Assembly (NCBI GenBank): GCA_000934665.2
Contig: JYFJ02001451.1
Span: forward strand, 59,530 to 79,529
DNA from: Catajapyx aquilonaris
Taxonomy: Eukaryota
Reading direction: 5' to 3'
Length of the DNA stretch: 20,000 bases
The notes under the pieces are model-generated. The model was not told where the DNA came from. It saw only the letters and a list, made by a program, of their open reading frames with translations, and did not search any database. Positions 1 through 11,020 of the stretch are shown in pieces. A program made the position numbers and the translations under genes. Position 1 is the first letter of the stretch; each line of letters opens with the position of its first letter.

Positions 1-25
1 CTTTCTATTTGCATCCTTACACTAG

Positions 26-1925
26 CCGGATTGCTAGCAGGTATTTCCTAAAGGCTACAGACGCGTTTTGGAAGCGACAAATGGTCCAAATGCAGAAGCT
101 GGTGGCCATCCAGCTGCCTCTGTGCAGGTAAATGTCCGAGGGATTACAAGCATGTAAAGAGCGTTAAATTATTTTAATCACCAGTTACTCTGACGAACTT
201 CTGACAGCGATTGTCACCAACTGTCCTAAAATAGAGGAGATCACAACGTACAAACCGATGTTCCTGCCCATAACCAGCGAGTTGGCCGTCACCTGGCGAG
301 GCGTCCATCAGGTAAACGGCCGTTAACCGACTTAAACGCGTCTGTGTTTAAAACCATCGTTATCTGTCAGCTGGCAAAGTTGTCCAACCTTCGGATACTC
401 AACCTGCCCAACTGCATGTGTATGAAATGCAATTGCAAGTGCTACAAGAATTCAAAAAGGCACGAAAAATTAGTGGTACTGGATCTTCTGAGGAGGACTC
501 AGATGGAGTACATTTCGAACTATGACCTGACCTGTCTCATGGGCGAGTACTATCGGAAGTTGTACATGCACAGGCTGCGGATAAGGAAAGTGGACATGTT
601 CTTGCCCTCGGCCGAAGTCATCGAGGTCTTGGAGAAGATGTGTCCGGAACTCGTCCAAGTCAGCCTGACTCTGTCCAGTGAAAGGGTACGACGAAGCGCG
701 TACTCGCAGGACGCCGTAATCGTGGTCGGTCAATTAATTTAAAATTGTTACATACCGAAGTAATTCTGTTTGTGTCACATGTGGGTAGGTTCAACTTTGC
801 ATGGTTTGAGTAAATTTTCGTTTAATTTTGCCTGGAAAAATAGGCGCCGTTGCTTTGTGCAGTAAGAGGCGAAAACCATTTTACTCCTTAATGGGCAGCT
901 AACTTGGACACACCCTGGGGTTTAGAGCATGCCCTTTTTGAACAGCGTGTCCGGGCGGGTTGTGGGGGACCGCGTTTTATTTTTCGACGGTACAAGGCAT
1001 CATCGCTCGTAAATAATCTCTTCCTTTCAGAGCGCAGTAGATAGCAAAAGGCTGATACCGCGGCTGGCCGAGAGTACGATTCGACTCAGCTCTCTCCAGC
1101 TCATCAACATGATCGACTTCAGCCACCACTGGCAAGCCTTCTTCATGGCCAAAGGTAAACTGGTATTTTCCCCAGCCTTAAAAAATTATACAGCCTACTG
1201 CACATACATCATTATAGGAGAATACCTGAGGTCCTTGTCGATCTACACGTCGCAGACTTTCTACTGGGATTGGAATAGGTTCTCCCAGTATGTGCTGATG
1301 GTGGCCAAGCTCTGCCCTCTGATGGAGAGCCTCAACTTCGAAGGGGTTTTTCCAGGAGACACGGAGAGCTCGCCTTTGGTCTATGACACCTTCCAAAAGT
1401 ACTTCCAGAGGCTGAAGCATCTGGGCATGCACGGCAACTGGTATATGGCCACATTGCTGAAGGACTGATATTTTTTTTTTGTATAATATAAACTATGATG
1501 TTATTCCATGCTTAAAGCTGGGGGTATAACATCTTGCACCTTCTCCTGGACAACGCGAGGAAGATGGAGTCACTCCTCATTGACCATTACCAATGGACAT
1601 TCACGTCGACGGTCGTGTTCCCCATCGGTGACATCCTGGACAATATATTCAGCAAGAATCCGATGCTTAATCTGAAAGAAGCAAGTTTCGGAGAGGTCCG
1701 CGTTTTATATGCCGATTTTAACAGCCCTTCTTTAAAAAAAAAATGACCTGCCTTGCTTTTTGTCAGAAGGCGCAAGTGTCACCTTCGAATCTGGACTACC
1801 TGGTGAGATGCTGCCCGGAACTGAAGAAGCTGAAGGTGCACGATCCATCTCTCAAGGAGAAGATTGAGGAGCTGAAATCGCACGTCAGGGCCAAGAACCT
1901 GGAATTGGACATATCCACAGAGTAG
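26..1925 (+). CDS. Leucine-rich-repeat protein (RNI-like / F-box-LRR-type solenoid), 5' end outside window
   Basis: Phase-consistent GT-AG exon chain 26-127, 185-311, 371-685, 1031-1154, 1218-1440, 1518-1695, 1767-1925(TAG), about 408 codons. Translation has cysteine-containing LRR motifs: SDELLTAIVTNCPKIEEI, LAKLSNLRILNLPNC, LEKMCPELVQVSL, VAKLCPLMESLNF, FQRLKHLGMHG, LDYLVRCCPELKKLKV. The first acceptor (exon start 26 or 41) and third donor (exon end 685 or 658) have alternatives. No F-box is visible in the window. Confidence 0.8.
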
Positions 1926-2010
1926 AGAGCTCTTTAGAGGCTGAACAGTAAATAATAATTTGCCCAGTGTAATTTTATCTGGCAGTCATTATACTGAAAA
2001 CGCAGTCATG

Positions 2011-2127
2011 GTGTCGCCACTAGCCGGTGGTGGCAAAAAGAGCGAATCCGAAATTTGCATCCGGGGGTGGTCATCCGGAGGGAATATTTCGGTTCGCTTT
2101 TTCGCCGACATTGGCTGGTGGCGCCAC
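2011..2127 (+). repeat. Imperfect inverted repeat / long hairpin (~53-bp arms, 10-nt loop)
   Basis: GTGTCGCCACTAGCCGGTGGTGGCAAAAAGAGCGAATCCGAAAT...TCCGG pairs with CCGGA...ATTTCGGTTCGCTTTTTCGCCGACATTGGCTGGTGGCGCCAC. Confidence 0.75.
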
Positions 2128-2157
2128 AAGTACGACACCATTAATGTCCAAACGCAA

Positions 2158-2189
2158 GGGGTTTTCCAGCTGGGAATCCCCCCCTATCT
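2158..2189. promoter_or_regulatory. Paired NF-kappaB/Rel-like sites plus GATA site
   Basis: GGGGTTTTCC (2158-2167), AGCT, GGGAATCCCC (2172-2181), then CTATCT (AGATAG on -) at 2184-2189. Confidence 0.4.
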
Positions 2190-2473
2190 GCGCAGGGCCA
2201 TTTACACTCTGATTATAGACTCGGGGAGTAAATATGGGGGTCGCATCAGGGTGCGGTGCTCCTCGTCCTTCCCCCCCGAGTGCTGCATCACTTCTTTCTT
2301 TTTCTTTTTTTTTTTTGGCCCCCGCTCTCTCCCCTAGCCAAACTCCAGATCGTGATCTGCATACCAATATTGTACCGGTCCCCGCACCGTACATAACCGC
2401 GTTTGGGATGCATGCCACGGCGTCCCCAGGCGGCGTTGCGCTTCCTGGGACCGCACAGGCCGAAGGGATGCAC

Positions 2474-2522
2474 GTACAGGGTGAGTCAGAATGTACACAC
2501 TCTGTTGTGATTCACCCTGTAC
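2474..2522. mobile_element. 49-bp Tc1/mariner-type mini-element relic
   Basis: GTACAGGGTGAGTCA...TGATTCACCCTGTAC, a 14/15 inverted match. TA-CAGGGTG ends are typical of Tc1/mariner TIRs. Confidence 0.5.
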
Positions 2523-2760
2523 CATTTTACAGTATTGCCAGGTACGTACACCACTTGTTTTTTTTTTTTCGAGGCCCGCAGGTGGTACCGCACTATTGTG
2601 CCCCCATTTTTGTTTCCACTCGCAGGTGTATACATGCTATCACCTGTTATAATGTAAGGTGCCGCAACCCCTGCCTTTTAACCGCCTACCTAGAGAGTAA
2701 TGACCCGCGTCACTTCCGCTTCCCCTCCAGCAGAGGCGCCTGACGGTTAAACGCTCTCGT

Positions 2761-2783
2761 TTATTATTATTATTATTATTATT
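2761..2783. repeat. (TTA)n microsatellite
   Basis: Direct reading, about 7.7 units. Confidence 0.9.
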
Positions 2784-2922
2784 TAGGATATTCCGAGTGC
2801 GTACAGTACAACATCACGCTCCACATTTCGTGCGGCGCATCGCGGATAATATTTAAAAATGTATACAGTAGAGGAAATGGAGGCTTGTGATAGATTGTCA
2901 CCAAACAGAATCCTTGATCCAG

Positions 2923-3087
2923 ACTAGTAGTGAAGTTTGGCAACACTGCCTGGCCCGCTTGGACTTATTTGGCACCACCAGATGGCGCAGATCCTCCCTC
3001 TCTGCAGTGTAGTGACACTCCACGGCGACAGTGGTAACTACGTGCACGTTGTTGATGAGCCAACGCGTTCCTAGCCAATTTCTATAT
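2923..3087. repeat. Short interspersed element, copy A
   Basis: Shares four collinear blocks with 18488-18600: ACTAGTAGTGAA, GGCAACRCTGCC, CACYACCAGWTGGCGCASAT, CCTAGCCAATT(T)CTATAT. Confidence 0.65.
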
Positions 3088-4751
3088 GTTTGGAGGGCAA
3101 TCCGTCCACATTCCGTCAGTGTGCTGACATGAGAGTGAGCGATACCCGCGCATCAGTCTGCTGTTGGGGGAATGGCCCTCCCTTCTCATTCTTTCCTACC
3201 ACAAAAGTTGCCCAAAAAATCCGACCTGGCCCACCTCTCCTTCCCTCCTTCTCCTTTCCATCCTCAGAGGCCCCTAAAGTGACAATCTGCCAGGTTGCAG
3301 CCAAGGATCATTTATCATGCGCCGGGGGTTGCAGCGGGGGGTCGGAGCCACACATACCGATCACCGGGCTCGATAGAAATTGGCGCATAAATCAAAAGGA
3401 GAGTTTGTGCTGGGGAAGAGGGAGGGAAGGAAGGGGGGGGGAGGGTAGAGGAGAGAAACACTTGCAACGTTGCCTGGTCGATGGAAGTGTCGTAGGGTGT
3501 ATCCGGTGCGACATGTCCCGATGCTGGCTACAGGTAGGGCCGGCACCCACAAGAAACACAAGCCAGCAAAGCACGTGCAAACCGTTTTTACGAGCGTGTA
3601 TTGATGGCCGGTTCACACCCACGATTGGCTACGAGGAATAAATCCGCCATAAATATGGTTAAGGACGCCATTTGTCACCTGGGTTCCCGGAGAGGCGATA
3701 ATGCGGCTTATAGGGAGTGTTGCAGGCCATAGTGTGTGTATAATAGGGTGTTGTTGCACGTTCCTTGGATCACGCCAATATGGCACAAGTTTCAGGGAAT
3801 ATAAAAAAGGGCAAATTGTGCAAAATATATTCGTACGCTTCAGTTGGCCACAGCAGTTTAAAAAAATAAAAAACAAGTTCAGTCAATAATTATTCATAAT
3901 CCAGGCCTTATTGGTGGCGCCTATGAAGCCGTGAGAATCAGGTGTGGTGGCGGCCCGACATTTTAAAACAACTTTTCGCATATCTTGCTGTTCGATCGTG
4001 AGATGTTGGCCATCCAAGTGCAAAAGTTTTTGACTTGATTTTCGAGAGCCAAACCCTTTTCCGCCGCAAAGTTGACCACCAGCGGGTAGGTCCGGTCTGA
4101 CCAGGCAAATAATCGGCGCATATTATGTGTGTATGTGTAGTGTGCACAAAAGGCGGTTTTTTTTCTCTCTCTCTCTCCAAGTGCATGAAAAATTATTACA
4201 CTCACGGACAAGTGAAAGTTTCTCTCTCCCAAAGTGATTCCAGAAAAGCTTGAAGTTTTAAAATTTTTTTTAAAAAAAAGTAATCTTATCATGCGGGTTA
4301 CACTCTGATTCTTCTCACCGTGGCCAACAAGTCATGCTGAACTATCTGGCGTGCAAAATCCCCCCCCCCCACCACCAAAAAAAGTGATGATGCAGTATTT
4401 TTGCGGAAGCTTAGTACCCGCTCTGTGTAATTATCCGCGATTTGCTAATAAAACTTGGCAGTTACAAGATCAACAAGCTCAAACATTCCTCACAAGATGA
4501 ATCCTCTCGCCCAAGTTGACAGGTCCAGGTGTACCAACCACATAAAATTGCAAATTGAAAAAAATATATAACCTGATCGCCTAACAGAAATCGGAATAAA
4601 TTGTGTTGGTACCACCGAAAAGTGGCCTCCTTGTTATTATGCTGCGATCAATATTATAATTAATTTTGTTGTGAAACACAAAGGTTTCCTCAGCTGCAGC
4701 AAGGTGCGTTTGGCAACGGGAAATATTCAATCAGAACCTAAGATAAAATCG

Positions 4752-4771
4752 GATTGATTGATTGATTGATT
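4752..4771. repeat. (GATT)5 microsatellite
   Basis: Direct reading. Confidence 0.9.
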
Positions 4772-7075
4772 GGATAAAATATTTTATTTGCAATTTGTTT
4801 CCATTCTCTTCCTGAATGGATGTTGTTTTTTTTGCAAATACAGTATTGTTAAATTCAAAAAAAGTGAATCACGCGGGTATTAAAAAGGACATAATTATTA
4901 TACATCGATTTAAATATTTTTATATTTATTTAATTTCATTCAGTTTTTCGTTTATTTATTTCCATTTATTTTATTTCCATTTCTATTTGTTTCGTTTCAT
5001 GTCTACATTTTTATAGGATCGATTTTTCTGCTTCTTTATTCCTCTTATTCTCATTTATCCGTATTTATTTAAATTTATTATTATTGTATTTCCCATTTAT
5101 ATATATCCCTATTTATTAAATGTGCAGCATTTATTATCTCGGTCCTCAATGTAGACAAATCCAACGAATTTTTTCGCCATAACTAAAAGAGACACTTGGG
5201 TCGGTTTGTCGCCTTTTTGACGCCCATTCCAGAACTTGCAACGGTTAAATAACTTACAAAATATATACTGAACTGTCGTCAGCTCTTGACAACCCGTTAA
5301 AAAAAGGGGGGGTTGGAAAAACCGGGTATAAATAATGGCTGCATATAATCTCTGGTCGTGTGAGGGTATGCCACCAGGTTGCAAACTTTTTTTTCTCTCT
5401 TCATTTTAAATCACAGAAGCGAGCTTATCTCTTACAAAAATCCACATAACTGGTAGTATAGCTCTCACTCTGCAACTTTTTTTTGTGTGTTGCCAAGTAT
5501 ACAAACAGCGAGTTAATCTGTGCGACCATCTTTTTTTTAGCGGGGAAACACGTGATACCTGTCCAACTTAACGCGTTGCGTTTAGACGATGCAGTGATTT
5601 TTTTAATGTACAAAAAAAAAACACAGAATAAAGAGGATGGGAAGCGTGTAATGTTATGCAAGGCGGCGAAGGTTTTTTTTTCCTTTCTTAATTTTAAATG
5701 GTGGTCGAGCGACCTCCTGATACCAATAACGATACCAAAATAATTACTGTAGGGATATAAAAAAATTATGGTAATTGCTGTGGCATGACCACAAAATTAA
5801 TTCCTCGTGAAAATTCACCATCTATCTGAGCTCGAGCCCCAGCAAGGCTACTCCCCTTTCACGAGATACTACTCGTATAGCAGCATCTCATTTCATTCGT
5901 GGACATTCCACAGATCTTTATTTATCAAAGCGCATATCTATCATGCTGGGAATATGCGGAATTATTATAATTAGCGGGTCGGCAAAATTTGGCAAATTGG
6001 GCCAGAAATTTCACAATTATTCTGCCTGGCTCTTTTACAGACGCGGAGAAAAAAAAATGTTTCCTGAAGATGCATCTTGATCTTAACCAAACATGACGAT
6101 GCAACATTATAGTTTTGTACCTCTATCGTCAAGTGTTGACAGATTCTGGTGTACCGTATATCTCTCTTTGTTATGAGCGCGCATCCAGCTCCAGATGAAT
6201 TGGTCCTGATCTATCGGGTCAGCTTCAAGCCCATTCCATCTCCTGTCGAGGCCAATTAGCTGAGAAGTGCGGAGTCATGAAGGTACCCCTGGTTTCGGGT
6301 CACGTCAGCTAATGAGCTGCCCCCTCCAGCAAAACCAGAGTAGTGCACAGTCACTGGCTGTGTATACACTACATACACCCAGAGCAATACATCGGAACGC
6401 GGAGGTCAGAAGTACTGCCCACGTTTGTAAAACAAAGAACCGTGGACTTGGACAGTGTACGACCCTGTGCGGTACAGAGTCGGAGGAATCCGCAACATAC
6501 ATACCGGGTGTGGTCCTTATTGTCTTGCTGTGTTTACTTGTCCGGGTGTCAGGGACGCACAGTCGGGACACTCTCCTGCCCAAAGTGTTTGCAAAAAAAA
6601 ATAATGTGGCATATCTGCATATTTGCACGCAAAATAGATCGCACGTACGTACTAAACCGCGCAGCGACCTAAGGATCAAATCGGTGCATTATTAGCTTTG
6701 CAAAATAGCTCCGGTTCAGCATATACGTCTCTTGAGAGTATGCAAATGTGACAGGCCATCACACAACAGGCAATAACTGGTTATGGGGAAAGGTATATGA
6801 GGATCGAGTGAGAAAGAGTTTGTGCTTGGGCCCACGGGGCCTTATATTCCGACGCTCGTTTGGCAAGCTAAGATAAACAAGGGACCGGCTTCACTTCCCA
6901 ACCTGGATGACCTCGCACGCGCCCTGCCCATGACCAGACTTTGATCGAGTCTAATTATGTGCAGGGGGATGACTTACGTCGCGTCGGAACGATAGCTACC
7001 GTCAATCCAAATCCCACGTCACAGGCCACTAAGAATATTTAAACACGCACACAGTTGCTAATCAAACTTCAAAAA

Positions 7076-7267
7076 GTACTATAACACGCAAAAAGATTGT
7101 CGCCCTGTATATCCGTGTGGTGTTCGCGACTTTTTTTTTGTTTACCCTCCTGCCGCAAGGGGCGTTTCCGGGTCATCCAGCAACGCCCCTTGCGGCAGGA
7201 GGGTAAACAAAAAAGTCGCGAACACCACACGGATACAGCGCGACAATCTTTTTGTGTGTTATAGTAC
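7076..7267. mobile_element. ~190-bp foldback element (MITE-like, TA-flanked)
   Basis: Arms 7076-7166 and 7182-7267 are reverse complements apart from 2 substitutions and 2 small indels. Loop 15 nt. Ends TA-CTATAACAC...GTGTTATAG-TA. Confidence 0.75.
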
Positions 7268-10200
7268 ATAGATATAATCCTGCATATTTCGCACATAAAA
7301 TCAGTTTTAGCCTTGACAGCATCTTTTTTTACGTGTTACTATAAGCAGTTTTATGGACGCTTTCTTGTATGATTCTTGTTTATCTGCCTCCCCCCGAGTG
7401 CACGCATTATCAGGCGCGGACATGAGCTTCATGTCGTATTATATATTTTTCAAGGATAAGTATCAAAGTGATTCCTGCCGCCTCTTCAGAGATAATGTTC
7501 GCGTGCGGATGCAAACAACATCGCATTAAAGCCGCGCGTGAATTATATGCACATTAACACATCGTCAATTTGGAAGTGGGGAAGAAAAATAAGATGATCC
7601 CATCAGTTGTTGCTCGGGGAGTTAGAAGTACAAGGTACAATTTTTCTTTTAGTGATGGTGGCCTTGGCCTTTACCTCTCATGAAGTGACTACCACAATTC
7701 CAGAGTTGTTTGCAGAATCAAATGGAAAATTCACAAATGTCTAATCAGATATATGGAAAATATAGTCGCAAATGTCATCGTCACTATATTTCATTCAATG
7801 CAAGATGGACTTGTTGACTTCTGCGACATGGTGTGACAAGCTGTGGGGTATGTCATCAGCTTACGTGTTATAGTGCGGAATGATGCGCCGCCAGCTTCCC
7901 AGGCCATAAACCGGGTGCAAGTGAAAAGTCACCGAGTGATTATTCGAGCTACGCCCCCATTTGCACAGTGCAATCATCACGTAACGACAGTAGATAATGA
8001 TTCCAATGCTCTACTAGCACATTGGTAAGAAAAATACGTACACACGCATGTCAGGTGCGCAGAAGAGAAATATACAGTATTTCACGTCCATGTCCGATTC
8101 GTGTGATCAAGGCCGACATGCCAAGATCGAGAGGAAGTGAAAATGATGCATTTGACAGAAGAGTGACTGGGCGACAAAAAATATATATATTTTTTTCCCA
8201 CATATATCGCTTGGTCGCCGCATGTCTCTAGGGTTCTGACACACATGACAAAAGTCTCCATCGCCCCCATCCAGCTAACAGATGACGCGGCAAACCCAGG
8301 ACGTGATAGCAACAGAGATCCGGACAGGTGGCCATAAATCCCGATGGAGTGTATATGTGTTTGCAAGAGGTCCCACGAAAATATATATGCTCTTTTTATG
8401 GGTGGATCAGCAAGAAGAGAGGGGGGGGNGGGGGGGGGGGGGCTCCCATTTAGCATCTGGGAAGAAGTAAGGAGGCTTTGGGAAAGGTCGTCCTGGCCGC
8501 TTCTTTTGTTCCAGGTGGAAGCAGCGATGGGGGAGGCCTGATATGGAAATGAGAGATCGGGACCGGGATAAATTAAACAGCATATGCACCATATGCTCTT
8601 AAGAAAATCCAAATAAAAAGAAATTGAAACAACTATAGCTATAGCATAATGGATTCTGACAAATCGCCATGACACTTTAGGGCAGAATTTGAGCTTCTGA
8701 AAACATGGCGGTGATCCAATTTGTGGACGTTACTCTGTATAGTTATTTTTATGGTGAAATTACAGGTTATGCTACTGGCGCCATCTAGAGCTTTCAACTG
8801 TACTACGTCTAACTGCACCTTGACCGGGTGTACTTTTCTCTCCTACTTTTTCGTCCATGTTCCTTCCAAACCTGCAGCATCCGCTGCATGAAGTTTGCTT
8901 TCCCTTCCTGTTACCCACCTCTCATGGGAATTAGGTCTCGAAAGGTGTTGTAAAGGACAGGAAGAGGGAGGTTGTAAGATAAGGCAGGTTAGGAGGAGGA
9001 ATCCCCACGTACTTTTTTTTCTCTCTCTAACTTGCTTGATTCAGGCTCAAAAAAAAATCATTGAACCGATTGCGCAACGACCAGCAGGAGACTGTCTCAA
9101 CTATCTCTTCATCGAACTTGCACCCATCTAAACAATAAAAAAAATTTAAGAAAGACAACCCCGACAAAGTACCGGGCTGCTGTTGACACTCGTAATTTCT
9201 CATCCCGAATGGATGACTTCAGAGAGAGAAAAAAAAATGAACAGCAGTTAAAAATTTTTACTGAACATGTCACATCCGTTGCTAGCCTAAAAATTCGGTT
9301 CAGTGATTGAGCAAATGCTTGTTGTGCAGCTGGCGTTGTATCATATAGGTGTGGTGGTAAAATCCTTTGGTTGAGAGTGGATGTGTCCGTCGTCAGAGGG
9401 TGACAGAGACGAGTTCGGGCGTGCATGGGCCAAGGTGGTCGACCGGACAAGATGGATGACTCCGCGGTCACTGGCGACGTCCGACATGGCGGGGGGTTCG
9501 GTCACGAAGAAGCCCAAGCCTCTCTCTCTCCTCTGGGTCTTATAGCAAAGCAACATCATGCTCTGTCCCCTCCTCCTCCTCCACATTGCAACCCCCAACA
9601 TGTGACAAATGCATAGCAGGAGGCACACAGACAGCGGCGGAAGCTGACACCTGGCTCTAGGACTGGAGTCAAATGGAGGGGGGACAGAATCGGCCCACTT
9701 GTTTGGACCCACCTTTTGTTATAGCTAACCCTCTGGTTACAGTACCCACATCCTAACATCTCCCCCAGAAAATATAGAAATGTCCTAAATATTGCGACCT
9801 GTCCTTTTTTGTTTTCAAGAGTTTGAAAGGTCCGCCATTTTTTGGATGGCGGCCATGACACTTTAGGGAATAACGCGCCAAATTCGAATTTTTGTTGGCC
9901 GTTTCAAAGCACAGCTGGTACTCAAATGTTCTTCTGACAAGTGCGGTCGTTACGGTTGCGTCACACTCCCACGCCTTTTATTATAGCGACCATTCCCTGA
10001 CTTTATTCGCAGAAATGCAAATATGAAGTGGTGGCAAATCGATGACGGCCAAGTTGGTGACCCTGGCAGTGAGGCAGCCTGGCCTTACAAAAGAGGCTAA
10101 TTGTTCAGGATAAGACTGACATTTACTGGTGCATTGTAAAAAATATCTAAAAAATATACAAGTACAGTACTATCACCAAATGCGGGAGACAAGTTTCTAC

Positions 10201-10999
10201 TGTACATTTTATTTTAAAAAAATATGGCGGATGTTCATACCTTGGCGTATGTAACCGTAAAGTACGCATGTCTGTATCCCAATTAATTTGGGGGAATGTG
10301 TAATTGAAAGGCCAGTTGCATCTCTTTAATACCGGTTCGTGATATACGACCAGCTTTGGTATAACAATTAACCAACATCTGGAGTTGGTATCGCTGAGCT
10401 CGACTAATCCACTTATGGTATCAGCGAGCTCCAATTAATGAGCGCAGGATACACCCAGCTGCAAGTGGTGGTGCAACCTCAGCAACATTCGCAATACAAC
10501 AAATTTGCCAACACCCCCCTTTATATATACCGGTTGCATTTTTTGTTGACTCAAAATGTCGCTCAAAACTATTTCATGTGTGGGTGAGAAATATCGGGCT
10601 TCTAATGATACAGGAAATGAGCTCTGTATAGTTATCTCGAAAAAGGTAGAGTCTTTCTGTGCTCCAGACAGAGACAGACTGGAAGGGCAACACACGTAAA
10701 AAAATAAAAGAGAAGACGCGTGGGTTGAGTGTCGGTCACGAGTGGATAAGAATCCAATCAAGCAGGCGGCCCCAGAATAAGACCAGATCCAGATAGGACC
10801 CCTTTTGAGAGAGGGGAGGCCCCCATATAACCGCCCTTAGGTTTCTTTGTGGGGTCCCCCTCCATATCAGAGTCCCGACGACAACGGTGTTGGACAAGAA
10901 GAGAAGGAAGCAAAAAGAGAGAAAGTAGTGTCATGGTTTGGTGATGTGGGGGTTGGGTTGGGTTGACTCGAGGAGGACCACCCTTGCTGTCGCCATCGT

Positions 11000-11020
11000 C
11001 ATCATCATCATCATCATCAT
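11000..11020. repeat. (CAT)7 microsatellite
   Basis: Direct reading. It explains the poly-Ile and poly-Met runs in the spurious ORFs 10938-11231 and 10931-11254. Confidence 0.9.

Noticed and set aside
1960..3889. Cluster of overlapping 60-180 aa ORFs on both strands
   Set aside because: They cross homopolymers, hairpins and purine tracts in GC-rich non-coding DNA and show no coherent protein features.
4890..5120. Very T/A-rich tract and ORF 4816-5016
   Set aside because: Low-complexity (TTTA-like) sequence. The Phe/Tyr-rich translation is compositional.
6267..6695. Three overlapping ORFs
   Set aside because: No recognisable domain or consistent splice signals. Possibly an unidentified repeat, but I cannot support a call.
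8421..8442. Poly-G runs with N (also 18350-18364)
   Set aside because: Homopolymer consensus uncertainty, so length and G4 potential are unreliable.
8082..8675. 197-aa ORF with hydrophobic N-terminus
   Set aside because: It spans a poly-G run containing an N, has no family motif or exon structure, and its hydrophobicity comes from T-rich DNA.
10417..10430. TGGTATCAGCGAGC resembling a tRNA-Met primer-binding site
   Set aside because: Imperfect match, with no flanking LTR or gag/pol remnants.
8733..10635. 14-bp exact match CTCTGTATAGTTAT at 8733 and 10622
   Set aside because: About one such match is expected by chance in 20 kb, and it does not extend.
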